From Alphaproteobacteria bacterium (GTDB lineage: Bacteria; Pseudomonadota; Alphaproteobacteria; UBA828): a stretch of 64,000 nucleotides of DNA. The stretch spans positions 1,056,001 through 1,120,000 of the forward strand of contig CAXXMU010000006.1 of assembly GCA_963667785.2 (NCBI GenBank), given 5' to 3'. The position numbers and the translations under genes are program-made. Shown in pieces: positions 20,092-30,767 of this stretch (its first letter is position 1; each line of letters opens with the position of its first letter). The notes under the pieces are model-generated. The model saw only the letters and a program-made list of their open reading frames with translations, was not told the origin of the DNA and made no database searches.

Positions 20092-21081
20092 CTAGGCGTC
20101 CAGGCCGAGGCTCCGGTGGAAGGCCTCGACCGCGCCGATGGCGGCATCCGCCGCGTCGTCCTGCTCCGGCAGGGCATCGCAGTAGGTGGCGACCGCTTGC
20201 TGCGCGAGCGGCATCCACTTCCCGATCCAGCCCCGGATCACGTCGGCATTGCCCTCCTGCTCCAGTGAGAACGCGACGAGGGCGGCGCTCCAGCGGCGCG
20301 AGCGCTCGCTGTCCCGCATCTGGTTGTCGGCGAGCAGGCCGAGGAGCCCGTCGTCGGAGCGACGCGCGACACGGCCGAGCTGCCGGTGCGCCTCGTCGGC
20401 GGCCGGCTTCGCCACCAGATTGAGCGCGACGAAGTGCTCGCCCCAGTCGTAGGTGGCGAGCGTCTTCTCCAGGAGCTCGCGGAAGCCCTGCCAGGCGGGC
20501 GCCGATTCCCAGGTCTGCCGCTCCGTCTCCCCGAACCCGCGCGCAGGGTGCGCGCGCTGGAGCTCGCGCGCCCGATAGGCGCAGCGGGAGAGCCAGCGGA
20601 ACTCGTCGCCGTCCTGGAAGCCGGCGCAGGCCGTCACCGTGCTGGCCGGCGCGATCTGCACCAGGTAGGCCGCGCCCATCTGCAGCGCCATCTGCAGGAA
20701 GCGCCGGGGCGTGTAGAGCCGCTCCAGCACGTCGAGCCAGGCGGCAGACAGCGTCCCGTCGTGGCCGATCTCGTCGTGCTCGTCGAGCAGGCCGTCGACG
20801 TACTGCTCCTGCTGATCCTGGATCCGCGTGTAGACGCGGTAGATCATCTCGTCCGGGTCGCGAAAGCCCTCCCAGTCCGGGTGCTGCAGCGGGCTTTCCG
20901 AGACGTGACGCTTGTAGAACTCGTTCATGCCCAAGAGCGGCGCGGGCGAGAGCTCGTAGGCCTGGTCGGGATGGCGCGTGCGGGTCTGCAGGTTGGTGGT
21001 GACGACCTCGTACTCGCTCGGCCGCCGCCGCTTCCTGGCGAGGCCGCTCCACGTCTTCATGCCTTTGACTTCGACCGTCAC
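20092..21081 (-). CDS. tmoE: Soluble di-iron monooxygenase hydroxylase beta subunit (TmoE/TouE-like)
   Basis: KTWSGL..RRRPSEYEVVT, FRDPDEMIYRVY, AWQGFRELLEKTLATYDWGE, DSERSRRWS; symbol is family-level. Confidence 0.92.
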   Translation of the reverse strand: MTVEVKGMKTWSGLARKRRRPSEYEVVTTNLQTRTRHPDQAYELSPAPLLGMNEFYKRHVSESPLQHPDWEGFRDPDEMIYRVYTRIQDQQEQYVDGLLDEHDEIGHDGTLSAAWLDVLERLYTPRRFLQMALQMGAAYLVQIAPASTVTACAGFQDGDEFRWLSRCAYRARELQRAHPARGFGETERQTWESAPAWQGFRELLEKTLATYDWGEHFVALNLVAKPAADEAHRQLGRVARRSDDGLLGLLADNQMRDSERSRRWSAALVAFSLEQEGNADVIRGWIGKWMPLAQQAVATYCDALPEQDDAADAAIGAVEAFHRSLGLDA

Positions 21082-21092
21082 GGTACTGCTCC

Positions 21093-21308
21093 CTAGTGTC
21101 CTGCTTTGAAGTTAATTCCCACTCAGTCGGGCTCGTGAGCGATCCCTCCAACTGCGGTTTTCTTACACATCGTCATGCCCGGACTCGTTCCGGGCATCCA
21201 CGTTCTTTGCCCCCGCTGCACGAAAACTCGTGGATGGCCGGGACAAGCCCGGCCATGACGAGTTGGGGGCGGCGCACAAGGATGGAGACTTCCGGAACGG
21301 GTCACTAG
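21093..21308. repeat. CTAG-bounded palindromic MITE-like element, family B
   Basis: Ends CTAGTGTCCTG ... CGGGTCACTAG; internal GTCATGCCCGGACTCGTTCCGGGCATCCAC ... GTGGATGGCCGGGACAAGCCCGGCCATGAC palindrome; a similar end occurs at 5166-5190. Confidence 0.8.
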
Positions 21309-21598
21309 CGCGCGACGAACCGGATGCCGTCCGGCTCGGTGCGGATGAACCCTGCGAAGCTCGGCATGTTCGCCTCGATGTCGCCGCGGGTGACGGTGCG
21401 GCCCAGCACGTCGCCCACCGTCTCGAAGCGCACGAAGCACTCGTCCGCGACCTTGATGCGGACATAGGACGCGTGCGCCTCGGTGATGACCTCGCGCCCC
21501 TCGCTCTCCTCCTGGATCGCCTCGAGCACCGCGTCCGCGATCTCGCCCGCGCGCATCACGGGGCCCACGAGGTTGCCGGCGTCGTCTGCCGTCGTCAT
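21305..21598 (-). CDS. tmoD: Monooxygenase effector/coupling protein (MmoB/DmpM family, TmoD-like)
   Basis: NLVGPVMRAGEIADAVLEAI..SYVRI..EANMPSFAGFI; 97 aa; GAGGAG RBS. Confidence 0.9.
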   Translation of the reverse strand: MTTADDAGNLVGPVMRAGEIADAVLEAIQEESEGREVITEAHASYVRIKVADECFVRFETVGDVLGRTVTRGDIEANMPSFAGFIRTEPDGIRFVAR

Positions 21599-21629
21599 GC
21601 TCGTCTCCTCCTCCCCGGCCGAGGCCCGC

Positions 21630-21890
21630 TCAGCCGGCGCGGTAGATTTCGACGGACTCCATCTCGACGAAGCCCGCATCCGCGATGGTGAGCCCATCCG
21701 GCAGTGCCTCGTCGCTGCCCTGGAGACGCACCTTGAGGATCGCGTCGGACGGGAAGGGCGCCACCAGGACGCCCGCGACCTGGTCCGCCACCTTCCCCGC
21801 CAGCTCCGCCATGGTGTCGCCGGTATCGAAGACCTGCACCTTGTAGCCGTAGTCGCCCTCGAGCAGGACGGCGAGCGGAATGTCGGCCAT
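21630..21890 (-). CDS. tmoB: Monooxygenase hydroxylase gamma subunit (TmoB-like)
   Basis: IPLAVLLEGDY..DTMAELAGKVA..LTIADAG; 86 aa directly after the alpha subunit. Confidence 0.85.
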   Translation of the reverse strand: MADIPLAVLLEGDYGYKVQVFDTGDTMAELAGKVADQVAGVLVAPFPSDAILKVRLQGSDEALPDGLTIADAGFVEMESVEIYRAG

Positions 21891-21905
21891 CGCAACTGCC
21901 CCCGT

Positions 21906-23426
21906 CTACTCGGCGGCCGCCGCGCGCGGCGCGTCGTAGCCGTCGATCCACTGATAGTCGTAGCCGCAGACGCCGCGCTCCTCGAAGCTCTGGCCCATGT
22001 ACTCGTAGAAGCCGTCGGGGCCCGGCGGCACGGTGCCGTCCAGCACCCGGTCGATGATGCTGCGATGCCCCTGGTAGCGGGCGGGCTCCAGCTCGAAGAC
22101 CCACTTGCAGGGCTCGGAGCAGAAGTGATAGCGCCGGCCCCCGTGGTCGAGGTGGAAGTCGGTGGCGTTCCAGCGCCGGCCGTTCACCTGCCGGCCCACG
22201 CCCGCGATCCCGGTCACCTCCAGCCCGCACATGTTGCAGATGAGCGGCGGAACCTCCGGCACCGTCTTCTCGAAGCGGCCCTGGCGGATATTGTCGATCA
22301 CCACGTCCCAGCACTTGCCGTAGGTGTCGTTCCAGCCCGGATACTTCTCCTCCAGCCAGTCGCGCTCGGCGGGCGAGACGCAGGCGATCGGCCGCCACCA
22401 CTCGGTCGCGCGGTAGACGTAGACGCCGATCTGCTGCGAGTGGTGGAAGGTCTCGATGTCGTGGAGGAAGTAATCCCAGTACCACGGCAGATCGAGGCCC
22501 AAAGCCTTGATGTTGCGGGCGAACTGATCGACCACCCATTCGTGCATGAACTCCTTGAGCGAATGCTCGCGGAACTCCAGCGGCGTGTAGTAGTCCATGG
22601 AGATGCCGCTCAAGGCGGAGAACTGCTTCCAGATGCGCCAGAAGCCGATGTCGACGAGCTGCTGCGCCTCCGCCTTGCGCCCGTTCTCGATCATGATGCT
22701 GATGAGCGGCGTGCCGATCTGCGCGTGCCGGGCCTCGTCGGTCTGGATGCTCTGCAGCATGGTGGCGAAGGTGTGGTCGCCCGCCTTCGCCGCGTCCGCC
22801 GAGAGGCCGATGAACTGCAGGTTGGTAAAGCCCTGCTCGAAGGCGAAGTTGGTCATGATCGCGGCGCTGATCGCATCGCGCGTGTGCTCGATGTCGTCGA
22901 GCGCATGGCGCAGGCTGATGATGATCCAGTTCTCGGTCTTGGACGACTTGTGCGCCCAGTCGAAGACGCGGTCGTGCTTGATGAACTCGTAGGCGAAATA
23001 CATCTGGATCTGGCCGTGACGCATTTCGTCGAGGGTGCCGAAGGTCGCCATGTTGCGCATGCCCGGCGCACGGCTGAAGCGGGTCATCCGGGCGAAGGCG
23101 GATGCCGAGTGGAACTCGGCGAAGCCGATGGGGCTGAAATGCAGCGCGAGCAGCGCCTTCCAGTGCGGCGAGGCGTTCTTGAAGAAGTCCGCCCGCGCGA
23201 GCGCGGACTTCACCGAATAGGCGCCGATGTCCTTGTCGCGCTGGGTCTCGACATAGTCCCGGTAGCAGACCTTGTAGGGCTCGTCGAAGGTCTCCCACTG
23301 CTCGACCGAAATCCCGAAGGGATCGCTGAACTCGGGCGGGAAGAGCTCTTCCTCGGCGACGTAGGCGGGAGTCCAGTTGGTATCCCGCGTGAGGTCGTAC
23401 CATTCGTGCATATCGAGCAGCGCCAT
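21906..23426 (-). CDS. tmoA: Soluble di-iron monooxygenase hydroxylase alpha subunit (TmoA/TouA/XamoA-like, C-terminal YHS domain)
   Basis: WYDLTRDTNWTP, di-iron ligands in FAEF, DEMRH, FEQGFTN, DEARH; WLEEKYPGW; YHFCSEPCKWVF. Confidence 0.95.
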   Translation of the reverse strand: MALLDMHEWYDLTRDTNWTPAYVAEEELFPPEFSDPFGISVEQWETFDEPYKVCYRDYVETQRDKDIGAYSVKSALARADFFKNASPHWKALLALHFSPIGFAEFHSASAFARMTRFSRAPGMRNMATFGTLDEMRHGQIQMYFAYEFIKHDRVFDWAHKSSKTENWIIISLRHALDDIEHTRDAISAAIMTNFAFEQGFTNLQFIGLSADAAKAGDHTFATMLQSIQTDEARHAQIGTPLISIMIENGRKAEAQQLVDIGFWRIWKQFSALSGISMDYYTPLEFREHSLKEFMHEWVVDQFARNIKALGLDLPWYWDYFLHDIETFHHSQQIGVYVYRATEWWRPIACVSPAERDWLEEKYPGWNDTYGKCWDVVIDNIRQGRFEKTVPEVPPLICNMCGLEVTGIAGVGRQVNGRRWNATDFHLDHGGRRYHFCSEPCKWVFELEPARYQGHRSIIDRVLDGTVPPGPDGFYEYMGQSFEERGVCGYDYQWIDGYDAPRAAAAE

Positions 23427-23496
23427 TCCATCGTCTCCCTGGTCGGTGCCGGGACGATGCGGGCGGCGCGCCTGTGGCGCCGCCCGCACCCCGAGC

Positions 23497-24543
23497 TTAC
23501 CCGCCGAGCGCGTCCTTGAAGATCGAGCAGTCGATCCCCACTGCGGGATCGACCGTCTCGGTCATCAGGCCGAAGGTCAACCACCACTTGTTGGTGAGCT
23601 CCCAGTGGTCGGTGAGCTGGCCGTTGCGCTGGCCGAAGGGCGGCTCGCCCTCGGCAACGCCGCAGAACTGCGCCGATTCCTCCAGACTATACATGTAGAG
23701 AGTGCCGTCGTCGGGGTTGTTGAGGCCGCCGAGGATCGGCTCCACGTCCGCCACGCCCCACTGTAGCACCTCGGCGATCATCGCGTTGCCCTCCGTCGGG
23801 TTCGCGCGCCACCACTCGACCGCCGCGTAGCGGGCCTTCGTGAGCGCCACCAGCAGGTCGCGGTGCTCCGCGACGAAGGCGTCGGAGACGAAGATGGCGT
23901 CCGCGATCAGGCCCTCCTTGAGCCAGTACTCCTCGCCCGAATGGCTCATCTCGCGCGAGCCGGGGAGCTCTTCCAGCACCTGCGGGCCGTAGGGGTCCCA
24001 GAGCTCGGCGGCCGAGAGCTGGCCCGCGATCATCGCTGCGGCGGCGGCATCCGGGAAGAGGTTCACCATCTCCACCTCGTCCCACTTGATGCCCTGCTGC
24101 TCGAGCCAGATCGCCATGTAGATCTGCGACAGCCCGCCCTCGATGACGCCGACCTGCTTGCCCTTGAGGTCCTCGGGAGAGGCGATGTCGGGGCCCACGA
24201 TGATGCGGTCCGATCCGTTGCCGAGATTGGTGAGGCCGAGCAGCTTCACCGGCATGTCCTCGGCGAGCGCGATGGGGCCGAACTCGATGGTGCTGGTCAC
24301 GATGTCGAGCTGGCCGCTCGCGAGCAGGCCCATGCTCTGCACCGGGTCCTCGATGATCGAGATCTCGAGGTCGACGTTCTCCGGCAGCATCCCTTTCGCC
24401 TTGGCGATGTGGAGGAAGCCGTAGCCCGGCCAGCTGAAGTGCGCGACCCTGACGGTCTCCTTGGCGCTGGCCGCGCCGGCGATGCCGAGCGCGAGCGCGC
24501 AGGCAGCCAGTGTCATGATGGATGTTCGCCACAGCATGGTCAT
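23497..24543 (-). CDS. ABC transporter substrate-binding protein (NitT/TauT, SsuA/THI5-like)
   Basis: Sec signal peptide, WPGYGFLHIA, DLKGKQVG, WDPY. Confidence 0.9.
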   Translation of the reverse strand: MTMLWRTSIMTLAACALALGIAGAASAKETVRVAHFSWPGYGFLHIAKAKGMLPENVDLEISIIEDPVQSMGLLASGQLDIVTSTIEFGPIALAEDMPVKLLGLTNLGNGSDRIIVGPDIASPEDLKGKQVGVIEGGLSQIYMAIWLEQQGIKWDEVEMVNLFPDAAAAAMIAGQLSAAELWDPYGPQVLEELPGSREMSHSGEEYWLKEGLIADAIFVSDAFVAEHRDLLVALTKARYAAVEWWRANPTEGNAMIAEVLQWGVADVEPILGGLNNPDDGTLYMYSLEESAQFCGVAEGEPPFGQRNGQLTDHWELTNKWWLTFGLMTETVDPAVGIDCSIFKDALGG

Positions 24544-24580
24544 ATCTCCCTTTCCCTTAGGTTGTCCGTGCGGGCAGGCC

Positions 24581-25429
24581 CTAGCTGACCCGCCCCCTGA
24601 TCTCCTCGCGCATCATCGCGTAGAGCCGCCGCTCCATGTCCACGTAACCCGGATGCACGAGCATCTCCTCCTTCTTCTGGAAGCGGCGGCCTTCCTTGAA
24701 CGCCATGGGGAGGTCGGCTTTGATTCGCCCCGGCTGGCGGGTGTAGAAGATGATCCGGTCGGCGAGGTAGATCGCCTCCTGGATGTCGTGGGTGACCACC
24801 ACCACCGTCTTGTTCTCGCGCTCGATGATCTCGATTATCATCTCCTCCATCTCCCAGGTGACCTGGGCGTCGAGCGCGCCGAAGGGCTCGTCCAGCAGCA
24901 GCAGCGCCGGATTCTGCGCCAGCGTGCGCGCGATGGAGACGCGCTGCTTCATGCCGCCGGAAAGCTCGGCCGGATAGGCGTTGGCGAACCCCTCCAGATG
25001 AACGAGCTCGAGGAAGTGCTCGGCGCGCGCGCGCCGCTCGGCCTTCGCGAGCCCCTGGAGCTTCAGACCGTATTCGATGTTGGCCCGCGTCGTGAGCCAG
25101 GGGAAGGAGGTATAGGCCTGGAACACCATGCCGCGCTCGGGTCCCGGCCCCGGGATCGGCCGGCCGAACATGGTCACGTCGCCCAGCGAGGGGTATTCGA
25201 GCCCCGCCATCAGCCTGAGCATCGTCGTCTTGCCGCAGCCGGACGGGCCGATCATCGCCGTCACCTGATTGGCATGGACGTCGAAGGAGACATCGTCGAG
25301 GGCGATCACGCTGCCGTTCAGGTAGCTCTTGGTGACCCGGTTGGCGCGGAGCGGCGGCGTCCCCGGCAGAGGGGCGTCGACACCCGTCTGCGCCTGCGTC
25401 GCCTTTCGCCCGAGACCCAGGATCGCCAT
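24581..25429 (-). CDS. ABC transporter ATP-binding protein (NitT/TauT)
   Basis: GPSGCGKTT, LSGGMKQR, LLLDEPFGALD, VTHD. Confidence 0.93.
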   Translation of the reverse strand: MAILGLGRKATQAQTGVDAPLPGTPPLRANRVTKSYLNGSVIALDDVSFDVHANQVTAMIGPSGCGKTTMLRLMAGLEYPSLGDVTMFGRPIPGPGPERGMVFQAYTSFPWLTTRANIEYGLKLQGLAKAERRARAEHFLELVHLEGFANAYPAELSGGMKQRVSIARTLAQNPALLLLDEPFGALDAQVTWEMEEMIIEIIERENKTVVVVTHDIQEAIYLADRIIFYTRQPGRIKADLPMAFKEGRRFQKKEEMLVHPGYVDMERRLYAMMREEIRGRVS

Positions 25430-25440
25430 CCCGCCCCCTC

Positions 25441-26322
25441 CTAGCGCCTGACCCGCAGGTAGGGGAAGAGGATGCGGCTGGCGACGCGGAACGAGATGTC
25501 GGTCAGCACGCCGAGCACACCGATGGTAAGGATGCCGCCCATCATGATGTCGACGTGGAGGAAGCGGGCAGCCCGCATCATCACCGCGCCGATGCCGTCG
25601 GTCGCCACGATGATCTCGGCGATCACCAGGTAGGTCCAGGCGACGGCGATCATGTTGCGCATGGAATCGAGGATGGCGGGCGCCGCGGCGCGGAAGGTGA
25701 TGCCCACCACCTGCCGCCGCTTGGCCCCCATGGTGAGACCGGACTCGACCAGCTCGCGCTGGACCGCGAGCGTGTTGTCGAGGATCAGCGCGACGAGAAA
25801 GAAGAAGCAGCCGAGGAAGAGCAGCGCCATCTTGGCGAAGTCGGTCGGCCCGAACCACACCAGCAGCAGCGGCGCGAAGGAGGCCGCCGGCAGATAGCGC
25901 CAGCCCCCTGTGGTCGGGCTGATGAGCGCGCGCGCCTTGACGAAGCAGCCCATGAAGACGCCGAGCGGCACGGCGATCAGGCTGGCGACGAAGAAGCTCG
26001 CATAGATGCGGTAGAGGCTGGTGCCGACATCGGCGATGAAGTTCTTCTCGGCGAAGAGATAGGCGATCTCGGCCACCACCTGCTCGACGGCAGGCAGAAA
26101 GCGTTGCTTCTCCGCCGGCGTCGCGTAGTGGGCGACCTCCCAGACGGCGAAGAAGATGATGACGCCGAGCACTCCCAGCACCACGGTGCGCCGCTGGGTG
26201 AGGGAGCCCAGCACCTCCAGGAAGGGCTGACGCGGCGGCTTGAAGACGGGCGCGAGGGCGGCCTCGCCCGGTTGCGAATTCGCATCGGACGGCGGCGTGC
26301 CCCCGGCGTGCCCCTGCGCCAT
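25441..26322 (-). CDS. ABC transporter permease (NitT/TauT)
   Basis: Hydrophobic; ELVESGLTMGA (EAA loop), AWTYLVIAE. Confidence 0.92.
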   Translation of the reverse strand: MAQGHAGGTPPSDANSQPGEAALAPVFKPPRQPFLEVLGSLTQRRTVVLGVLGVIIFFAVWEVAHYATPAEKQRFLPAVEQVVAEIAYLFAEKNFIADVGTSLYRIYASFFVASLIAVPLGVFMGCFVKARALISPTTGGWRYLPAASFAPLLLVWFGPTDFAKMALLFLGCFFFLVALILDNTLAVQRELVESGLTMGAKRRQVVGITFRAAAPAILDSMRNMIAVAWTYLVIAEIIVATDGIGAVMMRAARFLHVDIMMGGILTIGVLGVLTDISFRVASRILFPYLRVRR

Positions 26323-26371
26323 TCATGTCACCCCGGCGGCCGGCGGTCGTTCCCGGAGCGCGTTCGCCACG

Positions 26372-27607
<1,236 letters not shown>

Positions 27608-27630
27608 GGCGGGTCGTCTCCCCTTGCCCG

Positions 27631-28305
27631 TTACGCGCCCGGCGCCGGCCGCCGGCGGCCGCCGCGCCCGGCCGCCTTTCCGCGGCCGTTTCCTGCGCCC
27701 AGCGGCTTGTCCCACTTGAAGAGGCTCTTGTAGAGGCCGAGCCCCATCATCGGCTCGACCTGGGCGATGTCGTCCGAGCCGTAGCAGTGGGAATCGAGAA
27801 AGTCGCGCAGCTCGTCGGGCGAGCCGCACACCACCTCGGCCAGCAGGTCGAAGCGCGCGGCGACGCGCATGACGTAGACGACCTCGGGCCGGTCGCGGAA
27901 GTGGGACGCCACCTCATGGGCGCTCGCGCCGCGGGCGACCTTGATGCCGAGCATCGACCAGGCCGTGTAGCCCAGCGCCAGCGGGTTCACCACGGTGATG
28001 AAGTGAATCAGGTTGGCCCGGTGCATCTGGCCCACGCGGGAGCGCACGGTCCCTTCCGAGACGCCGAGCGTCCGCGCGATGGTGGAGAACGGCATGCGGC
28101 CGTCCTCCTGCAAGAGCGCCACGATCTCCCGGTTCAGCCCCTCGATGGGAGGAGCCGAGGTATACGCGACCGCGTCGTCCTGCAGGTCGGCCATGCCTAT
28201 CTGGCGCAGGCCCATGATCGGCGCGGGCTCCGCGTCGGCCGGCGCTCGCCGCCCTGCCCCTTCGCCGTTCCCCCCGGTCTTCGAGGATGCCTTCGAGGGG
28301 CTCAT
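27631..28305 (-). CDS. Lrp/AsnC family transcriptional regulator
   Basis: LLQEDGRMPFSTIARTLGVSEGTVRSRV HTH; GGAGG before ATG at 28305. Confidence 0.9.
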   Translation of the reverse strand: MSPSKASSKTGGNGEGAGRRAPADAEPAPIMGLRQIGMADLQDDAVAYTSAPPIEGLNREIVALLQEDGRMPFSTIARTLGVSEGTVRSRVGQMHRANLIHFITVVNPLALGYTAWSMLGIKVARGASAHEVASHFRDRPEVVYVMRVAARFDLLAEVVCGSPDELRDFLDSHCYGSDDIAQVEPMMGLGLYKSLFKWDKPLGAGNGRGKAAGRGGRRRPAPGA

Positions 28306-28492
28306 GCCGCCTCCCCCTGCGATCGACGGATTCCGGCGCCGACAAGGGCCAACTCCGACGAAATCCATGGCCAATCGTAGCGATTGTCGCGCAACCCGTC
28401 AACGAAACGCCGTGAACTCACGAATTTCGCATGTTGGCTTCGATCCGGGCCGCGTGTAATGTCGAGAGAGCCGCTGCCGCGAGGAGGGAGCG

Positions 28493-29422
28493 ATGACGCT
28501 CAAGCTGATCGACAACCCGGTGCCGTGGCCGGACGGAGCCCGCTGCGCCGTGGCCATCACCTTCGACATCGACACCGACAGCATCCTGCACCTCGATTTC
28601 CCCGACAAGGCGGAGAACATGCTCTCGGCCAACTCGTTCCTCAGGTACGACGAGGTGGCGATCCCGCGGATCCTGAAGGTCTACGCCCATTACGGCATCA
28701 AGCAGACCTTCTTCTATCCGGCCTGGTGCATGGAGCGGTACCCGCACCTCGTGGACGCGATCCTGGAGGGCGGGCACGAGATCGCAGCCCACGGCTACCT
28801 CCACGAGAACCCCAACGACGAATCGCGCGAGCGGCAGGAATACTGGCTGGACCGGCAGATCGAGGTGATCAAGCGCATGACCGGGCGGGCGCCGCGCGGC
28901 TGGCGCGCGCCGCTCTACAACGCGTCGAAGCACTCGCCGGCGCTGCTCGCCGAGCGCGGCATGCTCTACGACGCGAGCCTGATGGGCGACGACGTCCCCT
29001 GCGTGCTGCAGACGCCCGCCGGCGAGGTCATCTGCCTGCCCTCGCACTGGGGCATGGACGACTGGCCGCACTACATGCACAGCCTCGACTTCCACTACAC
29101 CATGACCATCAAGTCGCCGGACGAGGCCATGCGGGTCTTCGATTCCGAGTTCGAGGCTATGTACGAGAACGGCGGCATGCTCGTCACCGTCTGGCATCCC
29201 TTCGTCTCCGGCCGGCTCGCCCGGATGCGCCGCGTGGCGGCGTGGATCGAGGCGCTGCAGAAGCGGGGCGGCGTCTGGTTCGCGACGATGGAGGAGATCG
29301 CCGCCCACGTGCGCGCCTGCATCGACGACGGCTCCTGGACGCCGCGCACGGAGCGGATGCCCTACTACGACGGGCGGATTCCGGAGTGGGAGCCGCAGGA
29401 GACCGCCGCCGCCGCAGAGTAG
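28493..29422 (+). CDS. Polysaccharide deacetylase family protein (PuuE/PgdA-like cyclic amidohydrolase)
   Basis: WPDGARCAVAITFDID, GHEIAAHGYLHE, GWRAP, YDASLMGDD, WHPFVSGR. Confidence 0.9.
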   Translation: MTLKLIDNPVPWPDGARCAVAITFDIDTDSILHLDFPDKAENMLSANSFLRYDEVAIPRILKVYAHYGIKQTFFYPAWCMERYPHLVDAILEGGHEIAAHGYLHENPNDESRERQEYWLDRQIEVIKRMTGRAPRGWRAPLYNASKHSPALLAERGMLYDASLMGDDVPCVLQTPAGEVICLPSHWGMDDWPHYMHSLDFHYTMTIKSPDEAMRVFDSEFEAMYENGGMLVTVWHPFVSGRLARMRRVAAWIEALQKRGGVWFATMEEIAAHVRACIDDGSWTPRTERMPYYDGRIPEWEPQETAAAAE

Positions 29423-29471
29423 GCGCAGCGCGACCGGCGCTGGCCTGCGCCCGCGCCTGCGCCCGTGCGGA

Positions 29472-30461
29472 TCAGAGCGCGGGGATCAGGCGCTCCTTCG
29501 GGTACTCGGCACCGACCACGTGCTGGATCGTCACCGCGCGCACCATCTGGTAGGTGCGGATGCGGAAGGCCGGGTCGCACGACATGCGGATGTACATGTC
29601 CTTGCCGCTGATGCCGTAATCGTCCCGCAGCCACTGCATCATGTTGTCGCAGGCGTCGTAGACCGCGTGCTCCATGGGCAGGTTGATGCCGACGGCGACG
29701 AGGCTGTCGGGCTTCTCGATCCGCACGCAGGGCGCGTGCTTGTTCTTGATGACCGTCGCGCTCAGCTCGATCGTCGCCCGCGTCTCGTCGGCGATGCCGG
29801 TGAACTCGGTGTCCCCCTGGCCGCCGTGCATGTCGCCCACGTAGAGCAGGCCGCCGTCGTGATAGGCGTTGAGATAGATCGTGTGGCCGGCGCGCACGTC
29901 GCGGCAGTCGATGTTGCCGCCGAAGGGGCCCTGGCCCAGCAGCGAGGTGAAGACCTCGCGCTCCGGCGCGCACGCGAGCGTGCCGCAGAAGGGCATCAGG
30001 TCCCAGGTGAGCTTGTCCGAGTACTTGCCCGTGCCGTCCCGCGTGTGGCCGCTCGGGCCGGGGAAGTGCTCGATCACCTGCACATGCGCCTCGGAGCACT
30101 CCGCCCAGCGCTTCGAATCCCCTAGCGGCCCGATGCCCGGCAGGATGCCGGAGAAGCCGTAGCGCCAGGGATCGATCGAATCGATATGGACCGCGAGCGT
30201 GTCGCCGCGCGCGCAGCCCTCGACGTAGATCGGCCCCACCACTGGGTTGTACTTGGGCGGCCAGACGCTCTGCAGGGACACGACGTGCTCGCCGGTGAAA
30301 TCGTGCACCAGCGGGTCGTCGCTGTCGTCGGCGATCAGGCCCGAGAGCGCGTCGTCGGTCTCCAGCCGGAAGACTTCTCCCTGGGCCACGCGCAGGATCG
30401 GCTCGTCCTCCCAGTCGAAGGCGTACTTGCTGGGCACCTCGCCCCGCCTGATCGTCTGCAT
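29472..30461 (-). CDS. Acetamidase/formamidase family protein
   Basis: NPVVGPIYVEG, FGGNIDC, LYVGDMHGGQGDTE. Confidence 0.9.
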   Translation of the reverse strand: MQTIRRGEVPSKYAFDWEDEPILRVAQGEVFRLETDDALSGLIADDSDDPLVHDFTGEHVVSLQSVWPPKYNPVVGPIYVEGCARGDTLAVHIDSIDPWRYGFSGILPGIGPLGDSKRWAECSEAHVQVIEHFPGPSGHTRDGTGKYSDKLTWDLMPFCGTLACAPEREVFTSLLGQGPFGGNIDCRDVRAGHTIYLNAYHDGGLLYVGDMHGGQGDTEFTGIADETRATIELSATVIKNKHAPCVRIEKPDSLVAVGINLPMEHAVYDACDNMMQWLRDDYGISGKDMYIRMSCDPAFRIRTYQMVRAVTIQHVVGAEYPKERLIPAL

Positions 30462-30583
30462 CGCGGCCTCTCCCTTCGCCTGTCGTCATCGCCCGGCGCG
30501 GCCCCGGACGTGCCGGGGGCGCCGACCGGCCGCCACGATATCACGGACCGCCGCGCGGACCCGACGCTGCGGCCTTCAGACGA

Positions 30584-30598
30584 TTATGGGTCCCATAA
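30584..30598. promoter_or_regulatory. Candidate operator, perfect 7-1-7 palindrome TTATGGG-T-CCCATAA
   Basis: AT-rich inverted repeat in a divergent intergenic region. Confidence 0.5.
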
Positions 30599-30767
30599 CA
30601 ATTTGTTTTCTTGCGGCGTTTTCGGGCGATGACCACCTGAGAAATTACGCGACAGGCCGGGAACAATCGTTCCCCGTCATCGGCAAGTGGATAGAGGCGC
30701 TGGGCCGTTCGCAATCGTGACGAGAACGAACGCCCGCGACGCCTCGAACGGGAAGGAAGTACCGACC

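Noticed and set aside
21123-21465. Small ORFs between tmoD and tmoE as the missing Rieske ferredoxin
   Set aside because: No CxH..CxxH motif; region is tmoD alternative frames plus the palindromic element
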